Below are positions 1 to 10,646 of a DNA stretch of 34,957 bases, piece by piece. The DNA lies in the NCBI GenBank assembly GCA_030540615.1, contig JAUNVX010000010.1, forward strand, positions 1 to 34,957, in the 5' to 3' direction. Position numbers and translations under genes: made by a program. The notes under the pieces were generated by a model that worked only from the letters and a program-made list of their open reading frames with translations, searched no databases and was not told the origin of the DNA. Within the stretch, counting starts at the first letter, position 1. Every line of letters starts with the position of its first letter. The stretch comes from Psychrobacter sp. Lineage in GTDB: Bacteria > Pseudomonadota > Gammaproteobacteria > Pseudomonadales > Moraxellaceae.

Positions 1-330
1 GCTAAAGACTTGATGATGACCTTAGTGACTTTTTAAGAGTGCTCATATAGTCTAAGAGTACTCCTATAAGAATACCCTTCTAAGCGATACTGAATAATAA
101 AATAAGCAGATTTTAGAGTTTAGTGTTCGTCAAAGCTGAAAGTATATTGATTAAGAAAATGAAGGGTAGCAAAAACAAGCTTTTAATCAGTACTTGAACT
201 AAGATGGTCAGTATGAATCAGGTTAGGATTATGACTATTTGCGGCGACAATGGCATCAAAGAAAATCAATACCAAGTAAAAGTGAGGCTAATTAGAATCG
301 ACATAAATCAAAGAGCTATTCACCTAGGAG

Positions 331-738
331 CTATTCGCCTAAATGAGGCTCAATCTGAGTCAATAAAGGGTAGCCCTCACGGTGAGCCAAACTATTGACC
401 TTTTTTGCTTTGGTTTCAGCAATATCTTTAGGATAAATTCCCGCTACCCCTTTGCCTAAATTATGGATACTCAGCATAATCTCAACCGCCGCTTCTACAT
501 TATGACGAAACTCGGACTGAAGTATATAGACCACAAACTCCATCGGTGTATAGTTGTCATTATACATCACCACGGCATACATAGGCGGCTTAGCAATCTC
601 AGGCTCAGCCACCAAAACATCCGCTTGTGGATCAGACTCAGTCTCATCCCCATCCTGCGCCACAGGCTTAATAGGCCGACTAGGATAATGCCAGTCTAGT
701 GACGGGATATATTGCTGAAATTGGCTCATAATCATCAC
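331..738 (-). CDS. clpS: ATP-dependent Clp protease adaptor ClpS
   Basis: PPMYAVVMYNDNYTPMEFVV, MLSIHNLGKGVAGIY and AETKA..V...A...GYPL match the ClpS core. The exact start among several Met codons is uncertain. Confidence 0.96.
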   Translation of the reverse strand: MMIMSQFQQYIPSLDWHYPSRPIKPVAQDGDETESDPQADVLVAEPEIAKPPMYAVVMYNDNYTPMEFVVYILQSEFRHNVEAAVEIMLSIHNLGKGVAGIYPKDIAETKAKKVNSLAHREGYPLLTQIEPHLGE

Positions 739-862
739 ATCAGATTTGGATTATCAATCTAAATAAAGAGGTAGCTAACATAAGAATGAATGCTAGTTGC
801 GTATTAATCGAGTATTGAGTATGTAAGGCAAGCTAGTCGAATAGTTCATTCACTAGCCACCA

Positions 863-1717
863 TTAATTGGCTGGATTGGTTTGCTCTGCTACCGTGTTAT
901 CTACAGGATTCTCATCCACTTCTGGTAGCTCCGCTAAAGACAAAGGCATATCCTCAACGTTAGAGCCGAGCTGCCAATCATATAACTGCTCAATGCTTTG
1001 ACTGCCTGCTTTGAGCGTTAGCTTGACTTGCATAGGTTTAAACCCCTCCGGCATCATAAAGCGGCCTCGAATTCGGGCTACCCCATTAATATCATAACGC
1101 TTAGGGTCTAAAGGAACTTCGACTAGGCTGTCATCATTGAGCAAAGTGAGCGTAGGCGTTAAAGTCTTGGCACTACCATCTGGGCTCACCATGGCCACAT
1201 CAAAACGATATTCAAAAGCGTTTTCAGGGAGCGGCGCCATCTTCACCCCAATAACTTTAAGCGGCAAGCCGCCCTTACTGGCAATATAACTGGCAAAGAC
1301 CTCATTAACCTGCTCAAGCTGGCGATTGCTAATCTTTAAGGTTTCGTCATCACGGCGAAGTTCATCTACATTACTCAAACTAATGGCCAGCTCTTGTTTA
1401 GCAGTCGCCACATCATTGGCTAATATCTCATTTTTGAGCTTTAACGCTTCCACTTGCTCTGCACTTAGAGCCTCGCCGGTCGCGCTCTTGGCCGCTTTAG
1501 CCTGAATGGAATGAGCGCCGCGCTGATAGCCTATTTTATGACCCAGCAACACAGCAACAATCGCTGTTGCCATTATTGCCATGACAAATAAAACCAACAC
1601 CCATGAGGTGACCCCTCGTTGGTGCTGAGCGGTTGTATAAAGTTTGGTCATCCTCACCCTTGGCTGTCGCTGGATCGATTTGCTCATTGTCTTTGTCATT
1701 GTGGTGGTTACTGGCAA
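863..1717 (-). CDS. Membrane-anchored coiled-coil protein, DUF6776-like
   Basis: One TM helix (WVLVLFVMAIMATAIVAVLLG), a coiled coil, and a C-terminal beta domain with RIRGRFMMPEGFKP. It lies next to argC. The ORF track starts at 1819, but an in-frame TTG at 1717 has AAGGGG 7 nt upstream; downstream ATGs are also possible. Confidence 0.7.
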   Translation of the reverse strand: MPVTTTMTKTMSKSIQRQPRVRMTKLYTTAQHQRGVTSWVLVLFVMAIMATAIVAVLLGHKIGYQRGAHSIQAKAAKSATGEALSAEQVEALKLKNEILANDVATAKQELAISLSNVDELRRDDETLKISNRQLEQVNEVFASYIASKGGLPLKVIGVKMAPLPENAFEYRFDVAMVSPDGSAKTLTPTLTLLNDDSLVEVPLDPKRYDINGVARIRGRFMMPEGFKPMQVKLTLKAGSQSIEQLYDWQLGSNVEDMPLSLAELPEVDENPVDNTVAEQTNPAN

Positions 1718-1837
1718 GCACTCGCCCCTTGATTTAGGTGAACATCCCTGATTCTCCCCTGGTTTTAACGTCCCAAACCTTATCGCATTGTTTGCGAGCG
1801 CAGCTAGGGGTATCACCATTGAAGTTAAGAACGCTGT

Positions 1838-1843
1838 ATTATA
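1838..1843 (-). promoter_or_regulatory. Putative sigma70 -10 element (TATAAT) for the DUF6776-like gene
   Basis: Exact TATAAT on the minus strand in the intergenic DNA after argC. No convincing -35. Confidence 0.4.
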
Positions 1844-1950
1844 ACGGAAAAAAATCCCAATACCTAGCAGTCTAAAGCTGCCTTTATAACCAAATTATAG
1901 GAGCATACTAATGTTGGTTAAAGAACCAGTGAATAAATAAGACGCTCAAG

Positions 1951-3018
1951 CTAAGGTACTAATGGAACATGAGACAATCCTAAGGATTCATCTAGGCCGA
2001 ACATGACATTCATACTCTGAACAGCTTGACCTGCTGCGCCCTTCACCAAATTATCCTGCACCACCAAAACCGTTAGCTCATGATGGGCACTGTCTTGATA
2101 AACCGCTATTCGCAAGCGATTGCTAGCACGGACGCTTCGAGTATCAGGGTATTGACCTGCGGGTAACACATCAACAAATCTCTCGCTGGCATAACAATCT
2201 TCAAATTGCTGTTGCCAATTAATCTCAGTACCCGCATCTGTTAATGATAAATGAATCGTCGAAAACATCCCTCGAATCATGGGCACCAAATGAGGAATAA
2301 AACGAATTCGATGCGGGAACTGGCTGCCTAATAACTGCTCAACCCCCTGCTCAATCTCAGGCAAATGTCGATGTCCTGTTACCCCATAAGCCTTAAAATT
2401 GTCTGCACTCTCAGCGAAATTTAGGCCAAGCTCTGCTTTTCGGCCTGCTCCTGAGACACCAGACTTGGCATCAACGATAATCTTAGGCTCAATCAATCGC
2501 TTTGATTGGGCATTTTGGCACTCAATCACAGGTTTGAGACCTAAGATAGCAGTGGTCGGATAACAGCCTGGGTTGCCTACGATACTGGCCGATTTTAGCT
2601 GGTCCCGAGTAATTTCAGGCAGCCCGTAGACCGCCTGTTTTAGCAATTCTGGGCAAACATGAGAGTGCTTGTACCATGACTCAAATGCTGATAATGATTG
2701 CAGGCGAAAATCAGCGGCTAAGTCGACTATTTTGACCCCAGCATCTGTTAACCGTTTAGCATGCTGCATAGCAACGCCATGAGGGGTCGCAAAAAACACC
2801 ACATCACTCGATTCAAGAGCCGCGAAGGTTGCCTCATCCATATCCTGATAAACCAGCTCAGATACGCCGCGTAAACTTGGAAAAACCTCATCTACTCGAA
2901 CGCCTGCTTGACCACGAGAGGTTAGCAAATCCACGCTCACTTGTGGATGACTGGCCAATAAGCGAATCAGTTCAACACCGGTATATCCTGTTCCGCCCAC
3001 TATCGCTACTGAAATCAT
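1951..3018 (-). CDS. argC: N-acetyl-gamma-glutamyl-phosphate reductase
   Basis: IVGGTGYTG Rossmann motif, FFATPHG, DLAADFRL, catalytic NPGCYPT, SGVSGAGR and DNLVKGAAGQA. Start at MISVAIV (3018) is preceded by GAAGGA. Confidence 0.97.
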   Translation of the reverse strand: MISVAIVGGTGYTGVELIRLLASHPQVSVDLLTSRGQAGVRVDEVFPSLRGVSELVYQDMDEATFAALESSDVVFFATPHGVAMQHAKRLTDAGVKIVDLAADFRLQSLSAFESWYKHSHVCPELLKQAVYGLPEITRDQLKSASIVGNPGCYPTTAILGLKPVIECQNAQSKRLIEPKIIVDAKSGVSGAGRKAELGLNFAESADNFKAYGVTGHRHLPEIEQGVEQLLGSQFPHRIRFIPHLVPMIRGMFSTIHLSLTDAGTEINWQQQFEDCYASERFVDVLPAGQYPDTRSVRASNRLRIAVYQDSAHHELTVLVVQDNLVKGAAGQAVQSMNVMFGLDESLGLSHVPLVP

Positions 3019-3061
3019 AATATATCCTTCAAATATGGTCTTTTGGCCTCTTAAAACCATT

Positions 3062-3133
3062 AGCCTTTAAGATTATGAGACTTTAAAATTATCAGCCTTT
3101 GAAACGATTCGCCTTTTAGCTTTTAAACTCATA
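3062..3133. repeat. Degenerate 16-bp (8-bp sub-period) tandem repeat
   Basis: agcctttaagattatg / agactttaaaattatc / agcctttgaaacgatt / cgccttttagcttttaa between hemE and argC. Confidence 0.6.
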
Positions 3134-3155
3134 ATAATTTACTACGTTGATATAA

Positions 3156-4292
3156 TTAAAGCTGATAACTATGCACAGCATCGATAAAGACTTTGGCATG
3201 ATCTGGATTGACCCATTGGGTGATTCCATGACCAAAATTGGCCACATAACCTGTTTTGTCTCCTGCTGAGTAAGCGTCGTCCAGCATCAATTTGACAGCT
3301 TGTCGAATGGTCTCTGGTGACCCATATAGTGTCGCTGGATCAAGATTGCCTTGGATAGCTTTGCTACGCTGCAGCTTTTTATACTTTTTGGTCAAGGTGC
3401 GCTGCTGCTCCGTCAAGACTTGACGGGCGCGGTCAAGTGGCATCGTCCAATCAATCCCAAGGGCATCAGCCGCACTATCGGCCTGAATGTCTAGCCACAA
3501 ACCACCACCTTTGGTAAATAAGACCACGGGCACATCAGGATGACGCTGCTTAAGCTCGGCCACAATGCGTTTGTTATAAGCATGAGAGAACTCAACAAAT
3601 TGACGATGGCCTAGCGCTCCGCCCCAGCTATCAAATATTTGAACAGCTTGCGCGCCAGCGATAATTTGCGCATCCAAATAATCCGTGACAGCAATGGCTA
3701 GCTTATCCAGCAATTGATGCAAAAATTCAGGCTTGTTATATAGCATCTCTTTGGCATGACGATAGTCCTTTGAACTGCCACCTTCAATCATGTAGGTCGC
3801 AAGCGTCCACGGGCTGCCTGAAAAGCCAAATAGAGGCACTTTGCCATTGAGCTCTTTACGGATACTGGTCACCGCTCGCATCACATAGTCTAAAGAGTCA
3901 TTAACATCTAAAGTCGGTAACTGCTCAAGATCTGATTGCTTACGTACCGTATATTTGAATTTAGGCCCTTCACCGGTCTCAAAATAAAGACCAAGCCCCA
4001 TAGCGTCTGGGATGGTCAAAATATCACTAAATAAAATAGCCGCATCCAAATCAAAACGGCGTAGCGGCTGCATGGTCACTTCCGTCGCACGAGCAGTGTC
4101 TTTGCACAAGCTCATAAAATCACCCGCCTCGGCGCGGGTCGCTTTGTACTCAGGTAAATAACGACCTGCTTGACGCATCATCCAGACCGGCGTGGTGTCG
4201 ACCGGCTCAAAGCGAAGGGCTCGAAGTAATCTATCGTTGACCAAGGGCGCAAATTTTGGTTTTGGCTTGGCAATTGGCTCAGACCTGCTCAT
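3156..4292 (-). CDS. hemE: Uroporphyrinogen decarboxylase
   Basis: [53 protein letters not shown] and NFGHGI. Start at MSRSEP (4292) has GGAG upstream. Confidence 0.97.
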   Translation of the reverse strand: MSRSEPIAKPKPKFAPLVNDRLLRALRFEPVDTTPVWMMRQAGRYLPEYKATRAEAGDFMSLCKDTARATEVTMQPLRRFDLDAAILFSDILTIPDAMGLGLYFETGEGPKFKYTVRKQSDLEQLPTLDVNDSLDYVMRAVTSIRKELNGKVPLFGFSGSPWTLATYMIEGGSSKDYRHAKEMLYNKPEFLHQLLDKLAIAVTDYLDAQIIAGAQAVQIFDSWGGALGHRQFVEFSHAYNKRIVAELKQRHPDVPVVLFTKGGGLWLDIQADSAADALGIDWTMPLDRARQVLTEQQRTLTKKYKKLQRSKAIQGNLDPATLYGSPETIRQAVKLMLDDAYSAGDKTGYVANFGHGITQWVNPDHAKVFIDAVHSYQL

Positions 4293-4418
4293 TGTATTCT
4301 CCAGCTTATTATATTGATTTATTTGAATCTTAAAGAGTAATAAAAGGCCAATGACCACTCATTAACTCATTGGTTAATGTCATGTCATCACCTTTGTCAG
4401 TCACCTGTCAAAACAGCC

Positions 4419-5696
4419 CTATGCCAAAATAGCCATATCATCACGATGCACCATGACCACGCGCTCTTCACTGGTGCCTAATATCCTGTCAAACTGTTCT
4501 GTACGCTCGCGAGCCACACGGCGGGCATCATCAGAAGAGAAATTGACTTGACCCACTGCCAAGCGCTCTCCAGTATCTTGATGAACAATCTCTACCACAT
4601 CACGCTCATCAAAATCTCCGCGTACCTCTACCACGCCTACAGGCAGCAAGCTCTTATTATTATGAACTAAGGCATGAGCAGCACCTGCATCCACCACTAG
4701 GCTGCCCGCCATTCTAAGATGAGCTGCCAACCACTGCTTGCGGGCAATCGTTTTATCAGCTTCATTGGTGGTCAATAAGGTACCAATGGCCTCACCCGAG
4801 ATGACGCGAGTAATGACATTTTCGATAGCCCCACTAACGATAACGGTAGGACAGCCACTCATAGCAGCCAGCCGCGCTGCTCGAATCTTGGTGAGCATAC
4901 CACCGCGGCCAAGCTTGCCACCATCACCAGCAATTTCAAAGAGGTAATCGGCCATAGCCCGCTCTTGACGAATCATTTTGGCGTCAGGATTGTCTCGAGG
5001 GTTCTCCGTAAACACCCCATCTTGATCGGTTAAGATAATGTATAAATCCGCCTGAACCATTGCCGCTGCCATGGCGCCCAAGGTATCATTATCCCCAAAC
5101 TTAATCTCATCGACCGTGATAGTATCATTCTCATTAATGACCGGAAGTACTCGCCAATCTAATAACTGACCTAGTGCCCCAGAGGTGTTCAAATAACGAC
5201 GACGATGTGAGAGGTCATCATGGGTTAAGAGCAACTGAGCGCTTTGGACCCCATGTTGAATTAGAGCTGACCACCAAGTTTCAATCAAGCCCATTTGGCC
5301 GATAGAAGCGCAAGCTTGCAGGGCTGCAAGCTTTCTTGGGCGGTCTTCTAAATTCATCCTAACCACTCCTTCAGCGACCGCGCCAGAGGAGACCAACAAG
5401 ACTTCAAGTCCATCGTTATGAAGTTTGGCAATCTGTTTGGCCCACTCATAAATCGCCGTTCTGTCCAGACCACGGCCATTATTGGTCAATAAAGAAGAGC
5501 CTATTTTGACAATGATACGTCGCAGTTTAAAATTGCGCGGTTCAACGGCAAATCTAGCCTCATCGGATAAGGCCACATTAGGTTTGGTAATCAGAGGCTT
5601 AAGATTTGAGTCCTCTTTGGCAGCATGAGATAAATCTTTGCCCGCTGATGACTGGGCCGATAAAGCAGTAGTCGATGAATTTTTTGTCATAGTCAC
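4419..5696 (-). CDS. proB: Glutamate 5-kinase with C-terminal PUA domain
   Basis: [44 protein letters not shown], then the PUA domain (RKQWL, SLLPVGV). It follows obgE. Confidence 0.97.
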   Translation of the reverse strand: MTMTKNSSTTALSAQSSAGKDLSHAAKEDSNLKPLITKPNVALSDEARFAVEPRNFKLRRIIVKIGSSLLTNNGRGLDRTAIYEWAKQIAKLHNDGLEVLLVSSGAVAEGVVRMNLEDRPRKLAALQACASIGQMGLIETWWSALIQHGVQSAQLLLTHDDLSHRRRYLNTSGALGQLLDWRVLPVINENDTITVDEIKFGDNDTLGAMAAAMVQADLYIILTDQDGVFTENPRDNPDAKMIRQERAMADYLFEIAGDGGKLGRGGMLTKIRAARLAAMSGCPTVIVSGAIENVITRVISGEAIGTLLTTNEADKTIARKQWLAAHLRMAGSLVVDAGAAHALVHNNKSLLPVGVVEVRGDFDERDVVEIVHQDTGERLAVGQVNFSSDDARRVARERTEQFDRILGTSEERVVMVHRDDMAILA

Positions 5697-5926
5697 CTTA
5701 GTTATAATTTTGATTTACTTTAAATTTGATGTCTTAAGCAAGGGGCCTTTCATTACTAAGACACGGGTTAATACCGATAATTAAGTACTGAATAATAAAC
5801 AATGCCACGGGCACTCATTAATGATTAACAATTAATAACCACTAATTCATGACCGAAAATTAATAAAACCATATAACACTTAAAGGCCTCAATGAGTCTC
5901 TAAGCTATCATAAGGATAAACAGGGC

Positions 5927-7144
<1,218 letters not shown>

Positions 7145-7192
7145 TCATTTGTCATAAATTATTTGAGGTAGTGCTATATTTTGGGCTGCTAC

Positions 7193-7222
7193 TCTATATC
7201 ATTGCTTGTCTATATCAATGCT
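7193..7222. repeat. Short direct repeat, 16-bp period
   Basis: tctatatcattgct (7193-7206) and tctatatcaatgct (7209-7222) upstream of obgE. Confidence 0.5.
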
Positions 7223-7487
7223 ATTTTCATCCGGTCTTAATTCATACAGTCCTTACTGTCTTACAAACACTTAAGCCACTACAGATTCTGGTTGACCCGC
7301 TGTTATTATCTTAATGCTATCGTAGCCTTGGTCATTAAGCACTTAGTAGCTAATATCTCATAATGGGTAATTGGCGCCAGTCATTCTATTAACTACCGAT
7401 TATACTATCACTCGTTGATTTTATATTATCTAATAAAAATAAGCTAAAGAAATAACGATACGCTAAAGATAATGGTGTTAAGCCTAT

Positions 7488-7527
7488 AAAGCAACACCCG
7501 ATAACCAAAAGACTATCGGGCGCTTTT
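7488..7527 (-). terminator. Intrinsic terminator after gap
   Basis: Stem cacccgata / tatcgggcg with A/T runs on both flanks, about 45 nt past the gap stop. Confidence 0.65.
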
Positions 7528-7573
7528 AATTTATTCAATTTGTTACTCTTGCCATTATAAAGCTAAAAGAGTC

Positions 7574-9013
7574 TTAGGCGATGGTTAGATAGCGAATACC
7601 TGCCATTTGCGCTGCGACTCGCAGTACCTGAGTGCTATAGCCGACTTCATTGTCATACCAGATATAGATGGTAGCATGATTGTCTGTGACAATAGTGGCT
7701 TGAGAGTCAACGATACCCACTTGCTTAGTGCCCACAAAGTCTGTCGAAACCGCTTCGGTAGAGTCAGTATAAGCAATCTGCGCTTGCCACTGAGCACTGT
7801 TAGCAGTGTCTTGCAAGAAGGTATTAAGGGCTTCGCGGCTACTGGGGGCTGACTTTAAATTTAGATTCAAAATCGCCAAGCTAACATTGGGCGTTGGCAC
7901 ACGGATAGCATTGCCCGTTAGTTTGCCATTAAGCTCAGGTAAGGCTTTGCCCACTGCTTTGGCTGCGCCCGTACTAGTGATTACCATATTCAACACCGCA
8001 CTGCGTCCACGGCGATCGGCTTTATGATAGTTATCAATTAAGTTTTGATCGTTGGTAAAGGAGTGAATGGTCTCTACATGACCGTTTTCAATCCCAAACT
8101 CATCATTTAATACTTTTAGCGTCGGGGTAATCGCATTGGTGGTACAACTGGCCGCACTAACGATAGTATCTTCACCGATAGTCTCGTTATTGACACCATA
8201 AACGACGTTCTTGATATCACCTTTTGCAGGGGCCGTTAACAGCACTTTGCTAGCGCCGCGAGCTTGAAGATGTTTGCCTAGGCCTTCTTCATCTTTCCAC
8301 TTGCCTGTATTATCAATCACCAAAGCATTATCAATACCATAGGCGGTATAATCAATCTCGCTTGGGTCATTGGCATAAATGATTTGCACAAATCTGCCAT
8401 TAATAATCATGCCATTATTATCAGTATCCAGATGCACAGCACCAGAGAAAGTACCGTGGATAGAGTCACGCTCTAACAAGGAAGCCCGCTTGGCAATATC
8501 ACCCTCCATACCAGGTCGAACCACGATTGCTTTTAACTGAAGACCTTTCGCTGAGGCAGACTCACTCAATAGAAGTCGGGTTAAGATGCGACCAATTCGG
8601 CCAAACCCATAAAGCACCACGTCACGAGGCTCATTGGTAGCAGGTTGGCTTTGTGTACTCGTCGCCTGATTAATAGCCTGACTCACATCTTTACCAGCAT
8701 TAATGAGCTGACCCACATCGATACGAGCGGCTCGTAACTCACTATTTTGAGCGATTTGCTTGACTGAGGCTAACGTCTGATCAACACTGACTGGCTTGCC
8801 GTCTTTGGTGCGTAGCGCTGACTGTTGATGCAAAGCGAGAAGCTGACTGGCTGAAGCCGTTGCCAAGCTTTCACCAAACAAACTCACTTGCACATCTTGC
8901 TGATTGCTCAGCTGATTCAGTAGTCCTATTAGCTCTATAGCATTTTGTTGTTGTTGGCTATAGGTCGAAAAATGATCTTGATGTAACTGGCGAAGTGCCT
9001 CAGCATTACTCAC
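7574..9013 (-). CDS. gap: Glyceraldehyde-3-phosphate dehydrogenase, long type with N-terminal extension
   Basis: YGFGRIGR, catalytic ASCTTN, STGAAKAV, RVPTPNVS and WYDNE.GY, plus a ~128-aa N-terminal extension. GTG start with AAGGA upstream. Confidence 0.95.
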   Translation of the reverse strand: MSNAEALRQLHQDHFSTYSQQQQNAIELIGLLNQLSNQQDVQVSLFGESLATASASQLLALHQQSALRTKDGKPVSVDQTLASVKQIAQNSELRAARIDVGQLINAGKDVSQAINQATSTQSQPATNEPRDVVLYGFGRIGRILTRLLLSESASAKGLQLKAIVVRPGMEGDIAKRASLLERDSIHGTFSGAVHLDTDNNGMIINGRFVQIIYANDPSEIDYTAYGIDNALVIDNTGKWKDEEGLGKHLQARGASKVLLTAPAKGDIKNVVYGVNNETIGEDTIVSAASCTTNAITPTLKVLNDEFGIENGHVETIHSFTNDQNLIDNYHKADRRGRSAVLNMVITSTGAAKAVGKALPELNGKLTGNAIRVPTPNVSLAILNLNLKSAPSSREALNTFLQDTANSAQWQAQIAYTDSTEAVSTDFVGTKQVGIVDSQATIVTDNHATIYIWYDNEVGYSTQVLRVAAQMAGIRYLTIA

Positions 9014-9256
9014 GAGTACTGTCCTTTTGATAATTGAAAAGAGCGTTATAATAAAGGGGTTATGACACCGATAACTTTATATAAAAAAGGCTTTAAGATA
9101 AAAGGTTCGTTTAGGTCAAAAGCCATCTATGAGCCGTTAGCTTTGCCCAAGCTGCCTAGATTTTATCCCAATTTAGACTAGGTTGCCAGTCAAGGGTCAA
9201 AAATAGGCTAATAAGCGCTGATAGCTTATGAATTTACCGATTAACTTGCTTGTAGG

Positions 9257-9298
9257 CTTAAGCCTTAATTTAAACCTTGGCTTGAACCTTAGCTTAGG
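9257..9298. repeat. Degenerate 12-bp tandem repeat
   Basis: cttaagccttaa / tttaaaccttgg / cttgaaccttag / cttagg. Confidence 0.5.
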
Positions 9299-9327
9299 CA
9301 AATATTAGCTTTACCAATCATGACGAC

Positions 9328-9362
9328 AAAAAAGCGAGGTCAACCTTATTATTGACCTCGCT
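9328..9362 (-). terminator. Intrinsic terminator after the lipocalin gene
   Basis: Perfect 11-bp stem agcgaggtcaa / ttgacctcgct followed by a U-tract on the minus strand. Confidence 0.85.
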
Positions 9363-9436
9363 CATTGACTCTTTAAGATGTAGCGCTACACTAATAGTAG
9401 CTGGGGAAGGCGTTAATAAAAAGCCCTTTGATAAAT

Positions 9437-10156
9437 CTAGCGGCCAGATTGAAGGGTGGGTTTGAACGCTGTCAGATTATACCCTTGATATTGAGCAATC
9501 TGTTGATAAGTCTGGTAAGTTTGCGCATCCATCTTAGGCTGACGTGACAATAGCCATAAATACTTTTTATTAGGGGTTCCTACCAAAGCGGACTGATAAT
9601 CCTCGTCAATCGCTAATATCCAATAATCGGCTTTTCCAAAAGGCGCCCAGCTCAGCCATGTAGGCAAAAAGCTCACCTTTAATTTACTGCCAGTGTCATC
9701 AACTGGGATAGCCGTGCCAATCGCTTTCATGATATCGCCATCTTGCGTGACACATTGGTTAAGCACATTAATGGCCTGACTGTTATTACTTTGCGCTTTT
9801 GGGGTATAAGTAGCAGTCACATCTTTGCTGCATTTTCGTTGAAAATACATCGGTAAACGACCGATTTCATACCACTGGCCAGCATATCGTGACAAATCTA
9901 CTGAATCAACCGCTTGAGGAGTTGCTTTTGTTAATACTTGCTCGCTTGAAGATTGATTGCCGGGCGATTGAGCATAGCCTAATTGACCCGTCTTAATGGT
10001 AAGGCCAGATTGAGTCATAAAAGCGGGCGTAGCAATCGTTGCCGTTGGCATCTTATCAAAGTTTGGTCTAACCGGCTCTGCCGCAAAAGCACTCAGAGCC
10101 GCAAGTGGAATGATAATCGCCAGAGCAATGATAGTATGCTTAATCAAAGTCGCCAT
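9437..10156 (-). CDS. Bacterial lipocalin (Blc-like)
   Basis: VDLSRYAGQWYEIGRLP (SCR1), FQRKC, V.N.C, KLKVSF, DYWIL, DYQSALVG and YLWLLSR. The likely start MATLIK (10156) gives a Sec signal peptide; the ORF track extends to 10255. Confidence 0.9.
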   Translation of the reverse strand: MATLIKHTIIALAIIIPLAALSAFAAEPVRPNFDKMPTATIATPAFMTQSGLTIKTGQLGYAQSPGNQSSSEQVLTKATPQAVDSVDLSRYAGQWYEIGRLPMYFQRKCSKDVTATYTPKAQSNNSQAINVLNQCVTQDGDIMKAIGTAIPVDDTGSKLKVSFLPTWLSWAPFGKADYWILAIDEDYQSALVGTPNKKYLWLLSRQPKMDAQTYQTYQQIAQYQGYNLTAFKPTLQSGR

Positions 10157-10646
10157 AAACAGCCGCTCAGCCACTTTTGGCTCAGCTTGGCCAGTGATGC
10201 TAAGGAGAGTTGATTCAAGTTGTTTGGTTGGTCTAAAAGGCATGGCTGTTCTCATAGCGGTTTAATTGCAACGCAGTCAGCGGTATTGCTCAATTTAAGC
10301 CATACTACTGACAATCAAGGAGCGGTAAATAATATAGCTCTCTTATATGGCTTAATACTCTTTTATAAAATAACAATATTTAGTTATGAAATAATACTAA
10401 CCTTGTTAGTTAATGCTTACTGGCTAATCTTATAAGCTTCAGCTTTAATATCTCAATCAATTCAATCAAGATTATTCAGAGTCACTCTTCATATAATTAT
10501 TTTATTCTTTACTAATCCCCAATTATAGTGTGCCATTGTTTTCAAAAGATAAAATTTGTAATTTGCATAAAGACATGTAAGTCATTATCACGCTTTTCCT
10601 TACCTATATATCTAGAGTCAGCTTGAGCTATCAGTTGCCCTACAGT

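Noticed and set aside
2-46. Minus-strand mini-ORF MSTLKKSLRSSSSL* with AGGAG upstream, where clpA might be expected
   Set aside because: Only 14 codons, the SD is about 14 nt away, and it has no ClpA resemblance.
88-101. tactgaataataaa repeated at 5786-5799
   Set aside because: One AT-rich 14-mer match is expected by chance in 35 kb.
204-699. Plus-strand ORFs 204..398 and 463..699
   Set aside because: Overlap clpS in antisense with no recognisable motifs.
1718-1831. Possible 6S RNA, SRP RNA or a known riboswitch
   Set aside because: I could not match the consensus of any of these; it is kept only as an unknown structured leader.
3019-3060. N-terminal extension of argC in the ORF track (similarly hemE 4293-4358)
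   Set aside because: Better SD-supported ATGs lie downstream at the conserved domain starts.
10220-10435. 71-aa plus-strand ORF with a hydrophobic C-terminus
   Set aside because: TTG start, no SD, and AT-rich intergenic composition explains the hydrophobicity.
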